A stretch of DNA of 64,000 nt from Octopus sinensis (lineage: Eukaryota). The stretch is from positions 50,592,001 to 50,656,000 of the forward strand of contig NC_042999.1 in the NCBI RefSeq assembly GCF_006345805.1, read 5' to 3'. Both the position numbers and the translations under genes were made by a program. The notes beneath the pieces are model-generated. The model was given only the letters and a program-made list of their open reading frames with translations. It was not told where the DNA came from and did no database searches. This document shows, one piece after another, positions 38,588 through 49,184 of this stretch (the stretch's first letter is position 1; every line of letters begins with the position of its first letter).

Positions 38588-39142
38588 CAAGGTGGGCCAA
38601 AATGATCTGACACATTTGGAGGCTTAATAAAATCACAAAATAAGAAATAATGAAAAGAAAAATTTCATTTTTTGAATGTACATATAATGCCATTTTATTT
38701 CATTAAGTTTTAAAAATTAAATCAACTAAATGTTTCCCATCATTGTCAATACACTGTTGGAGACGTTCATGAAAGTTGTCGATAACTCTATGGATCATTT
38801 CTTCTGGAATGGTTGCTATTTCTACAGAAATTGCACATTTTAATTCATCAATAGATCGAGGGTGATGACTGAATACTTTTGATTTTAAATATCCCCGCAA
38901 GAAGAAATCACATTTCACCATTCCAGAAGAAATGATCCATAGAGTTATCAATAACTTTCATGAACGTCTCCAAAAGTGTGTTGACCATGATGGGAAACAT
39001 TTAGCTGATTTAATTTTTAAAACTTAATGAAATAAAATGGCATTATATGTACATTCAGAAAATAAAATTTTTCTTTTCATTATTTCTTATTTTGTGATTT
39101 TATTAAGCCTCCAAATGTGTCAGATCATTTTGGCCCACCTTG
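38588..39142. mobile_element. Fold-back Tc1/mariner derivative made of two right ends (555 bp, TA flanks)
   Basis: 226-bp arms 38588-38813 / 38917-39142; minus ORF CDFFLRGYLKSKVF..RLQQCIDNDGKHL is a transposase C-terminus. Confidence 0.88.
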
Positions 39143-39329
39143 TATGTTCATTTTTATGGTGTTGTTTTTTTATGATTCACTTGCGATTGATAATTTGGCC
39201 ACTTATAAAATACACTAACAACAGTCCAACATTCAGCCTTGGTTTACTCCTGATAGCATTATTGTTCCTGTTTGCCACAAACACTATTTAAATTTATTGC
39301 ACTTAGAATGGGTGTGACACAAATTTAAC

Positions 39330-40450
39330 ACCCATCTGCAATGCCCATAAACTAATACCAAAGGGTGTTAAGGAATTCCCAAACTGGCTATACTAAATCA
39401 ATTGAAATGAGGATTAATCAAAAGAGGCAGATTTTATGTGGATTCTGGAAAATAACCAGGAGAATACTTAATCATGGCAAATCTCCTATTCCTACAATCA
39501 CCAGTGGACCTAACATAGCCAAATTATTTGCTACGAACTTCGCATCAAATACTATACTCAATGACTCTAACCATTATTTGCCTAGCTTTCTCATTTATAC
39601 AAATTTATGCTTTCTTTCTCACTTTCAAGTATCAGTCAGAGAGGCTTCCATACTTATTTGAAAGCAACTAGCCTAAATAGTCATAGTGTTGATACACCTC
39701 TCACCTTGAGATATCCCTAGTTTTAGGAATGTCTCAAGGAGAAATGGCTCCTGAACTGATGAAAGAAGTCTGAAGTTTTCCCAGTTTTCAAGAATTTCAG
39801 TGAATATGCTTCCCTATTTCAATATAGTGAGAAGCAAAAGGAAGCCGTTAAAATGTATTATTTATAAGCACATTCTTAGCCACTTGAATAAAATCTGTCT
39901 TCTTGGACAAAGCCTGTCTCTTTACTGACATGCAATATGGCTTAGGGTTTTCCTCTGCTCATGTTTGCCCAACTAAACTGAAGGTAACTACTTTAAAATA
40001 ACAAATTATGACATTATTTAAGACTTTAATAATAAATTCAAATATTTCCCCAAATGAAAGTGGAGTTAATGAGATAAAGCCTTAATATCACAGGTTTTTA
40101 TTACAAAAAAATTCCAAGAAAAATATCTGGGTGCTAGACACTGGACTGGTAATATCAACTACATGAAGCAATCAAATCTTCCTGAGTTCACAATCTTTCA
40201 TTATTTTTGAAAGAGAAGGAAGGACATATTAATATATGTAGTCCTAGAAACACTGTGTTTGAAAATAAAAGTGGAGATTGCCAGTCTTTTTGTGTTTTAA
40301 CCTTTTATTCAAATGAACAGGCAGTACCCATGATCCTTTACAAGACCACCAAGACAAGAAGAAGAGAGAGAGGAAAGATTTCTTCAAACTAGAGATCAAG
40401 CCTGAATACTTACAATACTGTGGATGCTGCCAAAGACAGCCAAGAACCAA
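39330..40450 (+). pseudogene. Heavily decayed CR1-group LINE ORF2 relic
   Basis: FWKITRRILNHGKSPIP..AKLFATNFASNTILND; VFPVFKN near 39.78 kb; thumb-like YSNEQ..ILYKT and IKPE..QYC near 40.3-40.4 kb. Confidence 0.6.
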
Positions 40451-40689
40451 GTGGGGGTGTTAAATAGGTGATGGGTTTAAGTCTGATTAAATAGGACTAA
40501 TCTGGGGTCAAACAAAACCAAGAATTATAACAACTAATACTATGCTGTCTTTATATTTTCCTATAATGATGCTGCAATTTTTCATGCAAGTGAGTTACAC
40601 AAAATGCACAGAAAACTGCATCTTATAACAGATGCTACTATTAAAAAATGCAAATTAGTTTTATGAGTATATAGTTGTAAGAGTAACTG

Positions 40690-40846
40690 TATGGTAAGCA
40701 GTGGTAAGTAGCTTGCTTACAAACCACATGGTTCTGGGTTCAACCCTACTGCATAACACCTTGGGCAAGCATCTTCCACTATAACCTCAGGCTAGCCAAA
40801 GCCTTGTGAGTGGATTTGTTAGACGGAAACTGAAAGAAGCCTGTTG

Positions 40847-40850
<4 letters not shown>
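40690..40850 (+). mobile_element. SINE family A 5' half
   Basis: GGTAAGTAGCTTGC..GGGTTCAACCC..CCTTGTGAGTGGATTTG. Confidence 0.75.
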
Positions 40851-40895
<45 letters not shown>

Positions 40896-41035
40896 TGGCC
40901 CAAAAGTATGTTTACAGTTATTCAGCTATATCTTTCGCATTCATATATTAGCAGTTTAGATCTTAATTATAAAACGATGAGACCATTATTCTATGCTAAT
41001 ATAGCTAATTTTGTCAAGCTCTCTTTTCAATCTAT
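40896..41035 (+). mobile_element. Partial copy of the 41.25-kb MITE (no SINE at the insertion site)
   Basis: TGGCCCAAAAGTATGTTTACAGTTATTC..ATTCTATGCTAATATAGCTAATTTTGTCAAGCTC. Confidence 0.8.
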
Positions 41036-41248
41036 CTGTCCATCTGTCTTTCTCTCCCTTTCTCTCTCTATGTCTATCTGTCTGTATGTTTTCGACTATA
41101 ATTATTTCTAGTTAGCTTTCTATAATTTATGCATTTAATACACTAACACTAACTTAATTATTGGTGTATCTATTTATCCATGTCTCACTTCATAATTATT
41201 TCTCATTAGTCTTATGATGTTGCTTGCATTAATCCTACCATAGATATA

Positions 41249-41798
41249 CAAGGTGGCCCAAAAGTAGGTTTACAGTTATTCAACTTTCTCTTTCACATTC
41301 ATATATTAAAAGTTTAGATCTTAACTATAAAAAATATGAAACTATTATTCTATGCTAATTTGTGGAGGTACATGGCCTAGTGTTTAGAGCAGCGGACTCG
41401 TGGTCGAGGGATCGTGGGTTTGAATCTCAGACCAGGCAATGTGTGTGTTTATGAGCGAAACACCTAAGCTCCATATGGCTCCGGCAGAAGGTAATGGCGA
41501 ATTTCTGCTGACTCTTTCGCCAAAACTTTTTCTCACTCTTTCCTCCTGCATCTTGCAGCTCACCTGCGATGGACTGGCGTCCTGTCCAGGTGGGGAACTT
41601 ATATGCCAAGGAAACCGGGAAACTGGCCCTTATGAGCCAGGCATGGCTTGAGAAGGACCAAACAATTCTATGCTAGTTTAGTTAATTTTGTCAAGCTCCC
41701 TTTTCAGTTTGTAAGATAGAAATTTAGATGTAATATAAAGTTTGAAAAGAAATTTAAAGTGCCTACATGATAACCGTACACCTACTTTTGGGCCACCC
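41249..41798. mobile_element. Tc1/mariner-type MITE interrupted by a SINE
   Basis: TIRs CAAGGTGGCCCAAAAGTAGGT / ACCTACTTTTGGGCCACCC, TA flanks. Confidence 0.85.
41360..41665 (+). mobile_element. SINE family C with ~12-bp target-site duplication
   Basis: TTCTATGCTAAT (41348-59) / TTCTATGCTAGT (41666-77). Confidence 0.85.
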
Positions 41799-41886
41799 TA
41801 TATATATATATATATATATTTGTAAAAATTGAAGTTCGAAAATGCTGCTGTATTATACAATTTTTAATTTTTATATATACATTATA

Positions 41887-41925
41887 ACATGTTTCAGTTC
41901 CTGAAATGAACCTTATCAAAAAAAG
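41887..41925 (-). ncRNA. Possible decayed hammerhead at the PLE 3' end
   Basis: Minus TTGATAA-GGTTC(ATTTCAG)GAACT-GAAA-CATG-TT; two core mismatches, stem I not convincing. Confidence 0.3.
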
Positions 41926-42299
41926 TTATATATAAAAAGAGACAGCTCATGCCGTCAAACACAAGAAATTCATTTATAATACACAACGGAGTCAGACATC
42001 TTAGAGTTCATGTATAGTTGATATAGAGTTCATGTATAGTTGATATATAGTTTGAAGTATATGTTCAAAGTGTTCGATGCAGTGGCCCACGGTGGCGATA
42101 TGTATTCAATACAAAAAACAGATCAAAGTGGTGGAAAGCGGTCAATACAGAAGATTGATGTTTCCGAAAGAGCGAGGAATTCATTTTTACCTTAAGCAAT
42201 TGTGATGACCCATGGTGGAAGTTCGCTGGGTGGTTCTAGTGATTTTTTGTGAAATGCTTGGTTTTATAATGCCTGTTAGGTGGTCAATCTAGCGTAGCG

Positions 42300-42632
42300 T
42301 GACGTCATCAATGTTTTGACCAATCGTTTCGTTAGGTGGCTTTAATCAAGTGAAACGGGATGTCATCATTATTTTGACCAATCGCTGCATTATAACTCCC
42401 TCTTGTTTGTTTCCTGTCTTGACCAGTCGCTTCGTTAGTCAAGCATAGCGGGATGTCATCCAGATTCTGCCCAATCACGACTTATAGCTACATTAGATCT
42501 GCCCCCTGTCTGTACTTGTTAGGTGACTATTCAAGCAGCAAAGGACGTCATCAATATTCTGACTAATGACTGTCCCCTGTTTGTATCCTGTCCATTCTAG
42601 CAGAGCTAGACGTCATCACTTGTTGACCAATC
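42300..42632. promoter_or_regulatory. Array of five CRE-like GTCATC + CCAAT composite motifs
   Basis: GTCATC at 42304, 42362, 42455, 42547, 42612; CCAAT/CTAAT at 42320, 42378, 42471, 42563, 42627; full TGACGTCA at 42300. Confidence 0.55.
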
Positions 42633-42823
42633 AGAATCGGGTCTGACCCTTAGCTGTATCGTATGTATCAGGGTCAGATTTGCACGAAAGAATTTTTTTC
42701 CCTTTTTTACTAAGGCATATTTCCGTCAGAGTGAGTGTCTGTTTGAAGTAGCGGCCGTGGTGAAATTTGGTTCTCCTTTTCGGAGGACTTATCTTTTGTT
42801 TTAGTATTCCTGGCCCAGGGTGT

Positions 42824-45094
42824 TTAAACTTGGTCTAAAATTTTTATGAAATATAGTTCTTTATTTTGGCGTTGTGTGAAGGTTGCGTTGTCACTGAATT
42901 TATAGAGCGGGTTAGTTGTAAATTTCGGATTTACATTTCCAGCACATCTATCTATGTGTCCGCTGACCGGTATTTTGCAGTAATCAGGGTTTCTAATTTG
43001 TGATTTATGCACCGCCATCCTGTTACGTAAGCTATTTTTTGTATGGCCTATATACTGCCTATTGCAGCCTGCGCATGTTATGACGTAAATTAAGTTTTCT
43101 GATGCGCAGGTGAAGTTTGTTCTAATGGTGTACTGGTGGCCTTGTTCCAGTATAAATTCTGATCCTTCTTTCAAGATGACACAGATTCCGCAGTTGGGCC
43201 TTCCACATTTTCTAACTGCTGGTTTTGTGGTTGATGTTGAGTGCAGTGTAGCTTGGGTTAAAATCCTTTTCAAGGATTTTGGTTGCCGTTTACTTTTAAT
43301 GATGGTGTGTGTTTCGAGGATCCGGTTCATCTTTGGGTCTCCCTTTAGTAGGGCTGTGCTTTGTAGTATGGTGTTGAAGGCCTCATTGTTGAATGGGTTG
43401 TGTGTAGAGATGTAGGGAAGGGTTTTTAATTGTTCTTTCTTTTTTGGTTTTGTTTGTCTCAGGTCTTCTATACTTAATTTAAGTACCCGTTGGATTGCAC
43501 TGTCTATTAGGGGCTGTGGATAGTTTCTATTTGTGAGTGTGGTTCTAAGTTCCTGGAGACGTTTGTGTCGGGTGTTTGTGTCTGATATTATGGTGCAAAT
43601 CCTTCTAGCTAAACAAAAAGGGACATTCATTCTAGTGTGTCGTGGGTGGCATGAATCAAAGGGTAGGTACTGTTTAGAGTCTGTCGGTTTATAGTAGATA
43701 TCTGTCTCTATTTTGTTGCCGGTTATCTTAATGAGGATGTCTAAAAATGGTAATTCTTTTTCGTTGTGGTCCATTGTGAATTGTATATTGTCATTTATTC
43801 CATTTAATAGAATTTTAAATTCAAGTTTCTCTATGCCTTTGTCCCAGATGATGAAACAGTCATCGAGGTATCTTTTCCAGTTGTTATGGATATAGGTGGC
43901 GAAGGTGTTTCCATATTTCTCGAGTGTCATCCGGTATAGTATTTTCTCGAGGTATCCCATCACTAGGTTGGCAAAAGATGGTGCAGTACGCGTGCCCATC
44001 GCTGTTCCCGATCTTTGCCTGTAGAAATCATTGTCAAAAATAAAATAATTGTTCTCTAAAATGAATCTAAGTCCTTCTATTATAAGGTCTTTGTTTATGC
44101 GAGTTGGGAGTTCAAAGGGGTAGTTATTCAGCCAGAAGGTGATTGCTTCTATTCCTAGGTTGTGAGGGATGTTAGAATAAAGATTAACTACGTCGAATGA
44201 TACTAGAAGGGTTTTCTCATTGACTGTTTTAGGGAGGTGGTTGAGCATATCTATATCGTCTCTTACGTAGCTTCTGATGTGTTTTAGGAAAGGTTTAAGA
44301 AGTGTGTCTAAGAAATTGCTGAGGCGGTGAGTTTCACATGCTGGCCCTGCTATTATCGGTCTTAGTTTAAGATCATTTGGTGAAGGGATTTTGATGAGTG
44401 TGTCGGTGGATGTTTTGCACGTTTCTCTAATGGTTTGGCTTTTGTGTACCTTAGGGATACCATAGAACAAACTCGATTTGCATTTGAAGTTAGTGATGTA
44501 TTCATACTCCTTGTTCGTGAGTCCTTCTTGGTATGTGTTGATTAATGTCCTAAGGTTATGCATTATTTTTTGCTGGTTATACTGTTGGGCCCTTTCATAA
44601 TACGTTTCATCTCTTAATAGGGATAGCACTAAATTTTTATAATTGTTTGTATTCATTATTACTATCGCGTTGCCCTTATCTGCCTCCTTAATTGTTATTG
44701 TTTTGTCTTCTCTTAGTTTGATGAGGTCGTTCCATTCTCTTTTGTTGAAGTTAGGGCTGTGTTTTTGTTTCTTGATGAATTGAAACGGGAAATTAGTTAT
44801 GTAGTCACAATAGCGGTCTAAGGCTTTATTCTTACCTTTGGTGGGGGTGTAATTGCTCTTGTTTCTAGCTATTGAGTCCTCCTCTATTTGTTTGTCTTGA
44901 AATGCCTCGGTGAGTCTTAGTTTTCTGCAAAATTCCGAAATATCATCTTTCATTTCATAATAATTAGAACGTTGTGGGGTGGGTGTAAATTTAAGTCCTT
45001 TGGAGAGTATGCTTATTTCGTTAGGTGTAAGTTCTTTGTTTGAGAGATTGATTATCTTAATTACCTGAGGTTTCTTTTGTTTGTCCTTTGCCAT
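42824..45094 (-). CDS. PLE polyprotein: reverse transcriptase + Cys-rich linker + GIY-YIG endonuclease (756 aa)
   Basis: LRPIIAG, SFDVVNLYSNIP, GTAMGTRTAPSFANL, RYLDD, LPFLD, YYKPTDS..HPRH, CGRPNCGIC, NLIYVITCAGC..YIGHT..RMAVH; in-frame stop ~16 codons upstream of the ATG. Confidence 0.95.
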   Translation of the reverse strand: MAKDKQKKPQVIKIINLSNKELTPNEISILSKGLKFTPTPQRSNYYEMKDDISEFCRKLRLTEAFQDKQIEEDSIARNKSNYTPTKGKNKALDRYCDYITNFPFQFIKKQKHSPNFNKREWNDLIKLREDKTITIKEADKGNAIVIMNTNNYKNLVLSLLRDETYYERAQQYNQQKIMHNLRTLINTYQEGLTNKEYEYITNFKCKSSLFYGIPKVHKSQTIRETCKTSTDTLIKIPSPNDLKLRPIIAGPACETHRLSNFLDTLLKPFLKHIRSYVRDDIDMLNHLPKTVNEKTLLVSFDVVNLYSNIPHNLGIEAITFWLNNYPFELPTRINKDLIIEGLRFILENNYFIFDNDFYRQRSGTAMGTRTAPSFANLVMGYLEKILYRMTLEKYGNTFATYIHNNWKRYLDDCFIIWDKGIEKLEFKILLNGINDNIQFTMDHNEKELPFLDILIKITGNKIETDIYYKPTDSKQYLPFDSCHPRHTRMNVPFCLARRICTIISDTNTRHKRLQELRTTLTNRNYPQPLIDSAIQRVLKLSIEDLRQTKPKKKEQLKTLPYISTHNPFNNEAFNTILQSTALLKGDPKMNRILETHTIIKSKRQPKSLKRILTQATLHSTSTTKPAVRKCGRPNCGICVILKEGSEFILEQGHQYTIRTNFTCASENLIYVITCAGCNRQYIGHTKNSLRNRMAVHKSQIRNPDYCKIPVSGHIDRCAGNVNPKFTTNPLYKFSDNATFTQRQNKELYFIKILDQV

Positions 45095-45172
45095 CGTGTG
45101 TCCCTGTTCCTGTGTGTGGGGTCTAAAAAATGGTTGGTGTAGTTATGTTCAAAGCTATTATTTATCTGTCTC

Positions 45173-45199
<27 letters not shown>

Positions 45200-45209
<10 letters not shown>

Positions 45210-45455
45210 ATATATATATATATATTATATATATGTATGTATATATTTGTGTTTCTGTATTTGTCCCTCCATGATTACTTCACAACAGATGTTGGTGTGT
45301 TTACATCACCACAACTTAGCGGTTCTGCAAAAGAGAATGATAGAATAAGTACTAGGCTTACAAAAAATAAGTTCTAGGATCGATTTGTTCGACAAAAGGT
45401 GGTGCTCCAGCATGGCCACATTTAAGACTGAAACAAATAAAAGAATAAAAGAATA
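45200..45455 (+). mobile_element. SINE family A 3' half
   Basis: GTATTTGTCCC..CAGATGTTGGTGTG..GGTGCTCCAGCATGGCC..CTGAAACAAATAAAAGA. Confidence 0.75.
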
Positions 45456-45540
45456 TCAATAGGCATTTTTTTATTCTTTTACTGATTTTGTCCGTTTCCC
45501 TGCAGCCATACAAGAGTATCACTGTCAGAGATTTTTGATA

Positions 45541-45950
45541 CTCTTTTACTTCTTTCAGTCATTTAACTGCGGCCATGCTGGAGCACCGCCTTTAGTTGAG
45601 CAAATCAACCCCAGGATTTATTCTTTGTAAGCCTAGTACTTATTCTGTCAGCCTCTTTTGCTGAACCGCTAAGTTATGGGGAAGTAAATACACCAGCATC
45701 AGTTGTCAAGCAATGTTGGGGGGACAAATACAGACACACAAACACATACACATACATATATATATATATATATATACACATAGATATATACAACGGGCTT
45801 CTTTTCAGTTTCCATCTTCCAAATTAATTCACAAGGCTTTGGTCAGCCCGAGGCTATAGTAGAAGACACCTGCCCAAGGTGCCACACAGTGGGACTGAAC
45901 CCAGAACCATGTGGTTCGTAAGCAAGCTACTTACCACACAGCTACTCCTT
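45541..45950 (-). mobile_element. SINE family A
   Basis: Full-length match. Confidence 0.85.
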
Positions 45951-46136
45951 GAGCTATTTCTTTCAGTCTGGTACTTATTTCATCGATCTCTTTGTATTGG
46001 AAGGCTAGGATGCCATTTTTTAGATAAAGGCATAGGACATCATCTTATACTGATAAGCATTAAAACACACACGCACATACACATACATGTGTATGTATAT
46101 ATGCGTGTGTGGGTGTGTATAAATATATGTATATCA

Positions 46137-46331
46137 TCATCACCATCATTATTATCGTTTAACGTCCGTTTTCCATGCTAGCATGGGTTGGACGGTTCAA
46201 CTGGGGTCAGGGAAGCCAGAAGGCTGCTCCAGGCCCAGTCTGATCTGGCAGTGTTTCTACAGCTGGATGCCCTTCCTAATGCCAACCACTCTGTGAGTGT
46301 AGTGGGTGCTTTTTACGTGCCACCTGCACAG
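46137..46331 (-). mobile_element. Family E element 3' fragment
   Basis: (CAT)n, TTTAACGTCCGTTTTCCATGCTAGCATGGGTT, GGATGCCCTTCCTAATGCCAACC. Confidence 0.8.
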
Positions 46332-46385
46332 CATATATATTCATATATATACACACACATACACACACACACTCACACATAAACA

Positions 46386-46420
<35 letters not shown>

Positions 46421-46423
<3 letters not shown>

Positions 46424-46760
46424 AATTGAGATAGGGGTTGTAAATGCAACCCTCTAAAGGGCTAATATTGGTAAAATGAGACATAATTATCGACATGGCC
46501 GAAACAGCTGTAAGATCTAATGTATGCTTATATTTATATTTACTTGTATTTATATTCTTTTTTATATATATTCTAATTATTATACAACATTACTCTTTTA
46601 TGTACACTTTTTTATGTACATTCCTTTATGTACACTGATTTGTTCTGCTTTTTATATTTAACCCTACAGTCTCTTATGTGGTGGTTTAATAAAGTATGTG
46701 ATTGAGTATTATCTGGTAATTGATATTTGATTTAGATGTATTTCTCCATTTTCTTATCTT
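46421..46760 (+). mobile_element. Probable PLE terminal fragment with the 3' half of a hammerhead
   Basis: GGCC-GAAA-CAGCTG-TA-AGATC at 46497-46517 (palindromic stem III, GUA); no CTGANGA upstream; (TA)n on both sides. Confidence 0.5.
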
Positions 46761-46904
46761 GTATATATATATATATATATACATATACATATTCATATAT
46801 ATATATATATATATACATATTCATATATATATATATATAAAAGTAAAAATAGACTTATGAAAAACTTTTGAATGGTCCTTCCTAAGCAATACAATCATAA
46901 GTTT

Positions 46905-47110
46905 GGCTTCCCAGATTCTGTGGCATTAATATTTCCCAGCTGGACAAGGTGCCAGTTCGTTGCAGGATTACTCCTTTCTGATCAAATGAGTGAACTGGAG
47001 CAATGTGAAATAAGGTGTCCTTCTCAACAAAACAATATATTACCTGGTCCAGGAATCGAAACCACATTCTTATGATCATGAGTGCAACATCCTAACCACT
47101 AAACTACACA
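46905..47110 (-). mobile_element. SINE family D
   Basis: GAACTGGAGCAATGTGAAATAAGGTG..AATCGAAACCAC..CTAACCACTAA. Confidence 0.7.
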
Positions 47111-47149
47111 TTTCTTTAGAACAATGAAATAATTCTCTTTCTCTTTTTC

Positions 47150-47546
47150 TCTTTTTACTTGTTTCAGTCATTTTGACTGCGGCCATGCTGGAGCACCGCC
47201 TTTGATCGAGCAACTCGATCCCGGGACTTATTCTTTGGAAGCCCAGTACTTATTCTATCGGTCACTTTTGCCGAACAGCTAAGTGACAGGGACATAAACA
47301 CACCAGCATTGGTTGTCAAGCAATGCTAGGGAGACAAACACAGACACACAAACATACACGCACATACATATATATACATATATACGACGGGCTTCTTTCA
47401 GTTTCCGTCTACCAAATCCACTCAGAAGGCTTTGGCTGGCCCGAGGCTAAAGTAGAAGACACTTGCCCAAGGTGCCACACGGTGGGACTGAACCCGGAAC
47501 CATGTGGTTGGTAAACAAGCTACTTACCACACAGCTACTCCTGCAC
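47150..47546 (-). mobile_element. SINE family A
   Basis: Full-length match. Confidence 0.88.
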
Positions 47547-48114
47547 AATTATGCACAAAACCAGCACTTTTGAGAAAAGGGAGTAAATCATTTACTGGTA
47601 CTCTATTTGATTGACCCCAGAAGTGTGAAAAGTAAAGTTGATTTGGTGGAATTTGAACTCAGAATGTAAAGTGCTGGACACTACTCTAAACTATTGAAAT
47701 GATACCAAGAGAAATTTAGTTTTGAATTTACTATTCAATATAACAAAGTTAAATAAACTGTAATGAATAGAAAGCAGGTGTTAAAGACCACAGCATTAAA
47801 TACTGTTGCAAGTATTGTAGTTTAGCCCCAGGTCAGCACTGACTGAACAAACTTGTGATCAAAGACATTTCACCCACGACCATCCTGCATATTTTTTTCA
47901 TCAGGGATGACTCAATATGATCTTCATTTTCATGATGGGTGTAGCTATAGCTTAATGGTTAAGCTGTTTGTTTTACAGCTACATTGTTTGGGTTCAATCC
48001 TACTGAATGGCAGGCATGGGACCAACAGCAACAGAGAGCACAGGTGGACCTGGTTGGCTCTTTGCATGATGATGTCTCTGGGGCTACTAACCGAGTCAAA
48101 GTAAAGTTAGTTAC

Positions 48115-48340
48115 ATTCTCAAGTCATGCCAACTCATAGGGGCTGGTTCCCCGTTTCTATGGCATATAAATTCCTCACCAGGATGAAACACCCGCCCCAC
48201 CACAGGATTACTCATTTTTGCCAGCTGAGTGGACTGGAGCAATGTGAAATGAAGTGTTTTGCTCAAGAACACCCAAGAATCGAAACCACGATCTTACAAT
48301 CATGAGTCCAACACCTTAACCACTAAGCCACATGACTCCA
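48115..48340 (-). mobile_element. SINE family D
   Basis: Homologous to the 2.9-3.2 kb copy. Confidence 0.7.
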
Positions 48341-48901
48341 CCAAGGACCACTAACCTGTGATAACCCTCAGCCTCATCAAACAAGCACACGAAGTGAGTG
48401 AAGTAAAGCCTACCATGCACAATGATAAATAAGTGATTTTTTTTTTTGTTTTTTAATTTTCACCCTAGCTTCTAGTTGACCAAAGCCTTGCTAGTAAAAT
48501 TAAGGGAACTGCAAGAATCCATCAGATGGGTCATTTCTGTTCTTATGTGGTAGAATTGCACAGATTAAAACTACTATTTAGCTTCAGTGGAGTCTGTTTC
48601 ATTATGAGTATTTGAACCAGGCCTCCTGTCTGCATATTACTTCCTCGGTCTCAGTAATGCCTGATAAGAGTCACCAGAACAGTCTTTATCTTCTAAGACA
48701 TTAAATCAACAATAAGGAAAAAAAATTGAACAAATAAGACAATGGAGTATGATTTGAGGAAGATTTGGTTGCTATTTCTAACAGATTGGGTTTCTAGCCA
48801 CAGGCTTCCTCATTAGTTTTGATGATATTAAGAATAGAAAAGTGAAATTACATGCATGCACATGCACGCACACACGCACACACAAACACACACATGCTGA
48901 T

Positions 48902-49184
48902 AGTCGTTTAGAATTATCATTACAGCTAACTTAACAATTAAGTTGTTAACGAGCCAGCAAGGGACCAACTACATAGTTACATAGAAAATCGACATGCTAG
49001 AAATAACAGCCAAATCTTTAACAACATCACATCCAAGCAGTCAGTCGTTTAGAATTATCATAACAGCTAACTTAACAATTAAGTTGTTAACGAGCCAGCA
49101 AGGGACCAACTACATAGTTACATAGAAAATCGACATGCTAGAAATAACAGCCAAATCTTTAACAACATCACATCCAAGCAGTCA
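48902..49184. repeat. 141-bp direct tandem duplication
   Basis: AGTCGTTTAGAATTATCA at 48902 and 49043; one difference seen. Confidence 0.95.

Larger units (their letters stand above)
41819..45172 (-). mobile_element. Penelope-like element (Neptune-like), ~3.35 kb, between (TA)n tracts
   Basis: Contains the RT-GIY-YIG ORF, ~1 kb 3' region and ~80 bp leader; microsatellite begins immediately at both ends. Confidence 0.88.

Noticed and set aside
40321-40463. Apparent plus-strand exon GSTHDPLQDHQDKKKRERKDFFKLEIKPEYLQYCGCC.. after a good acceptor
   Set aside because: Overlapping frames give YSNEQ..ILYKT and IKPE..QYC, resembling the CR1-group RT thumb and continuing the LINE relic from 39.3 kb.
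48500-48700. Minus-strand frame EDKDCSGDSYQALLRPRK*YADRRPGS.. after an acceptor
   Set aside because: Internal stop, phase does not match the 52.1-kb candidate exon, no recognisable homology.
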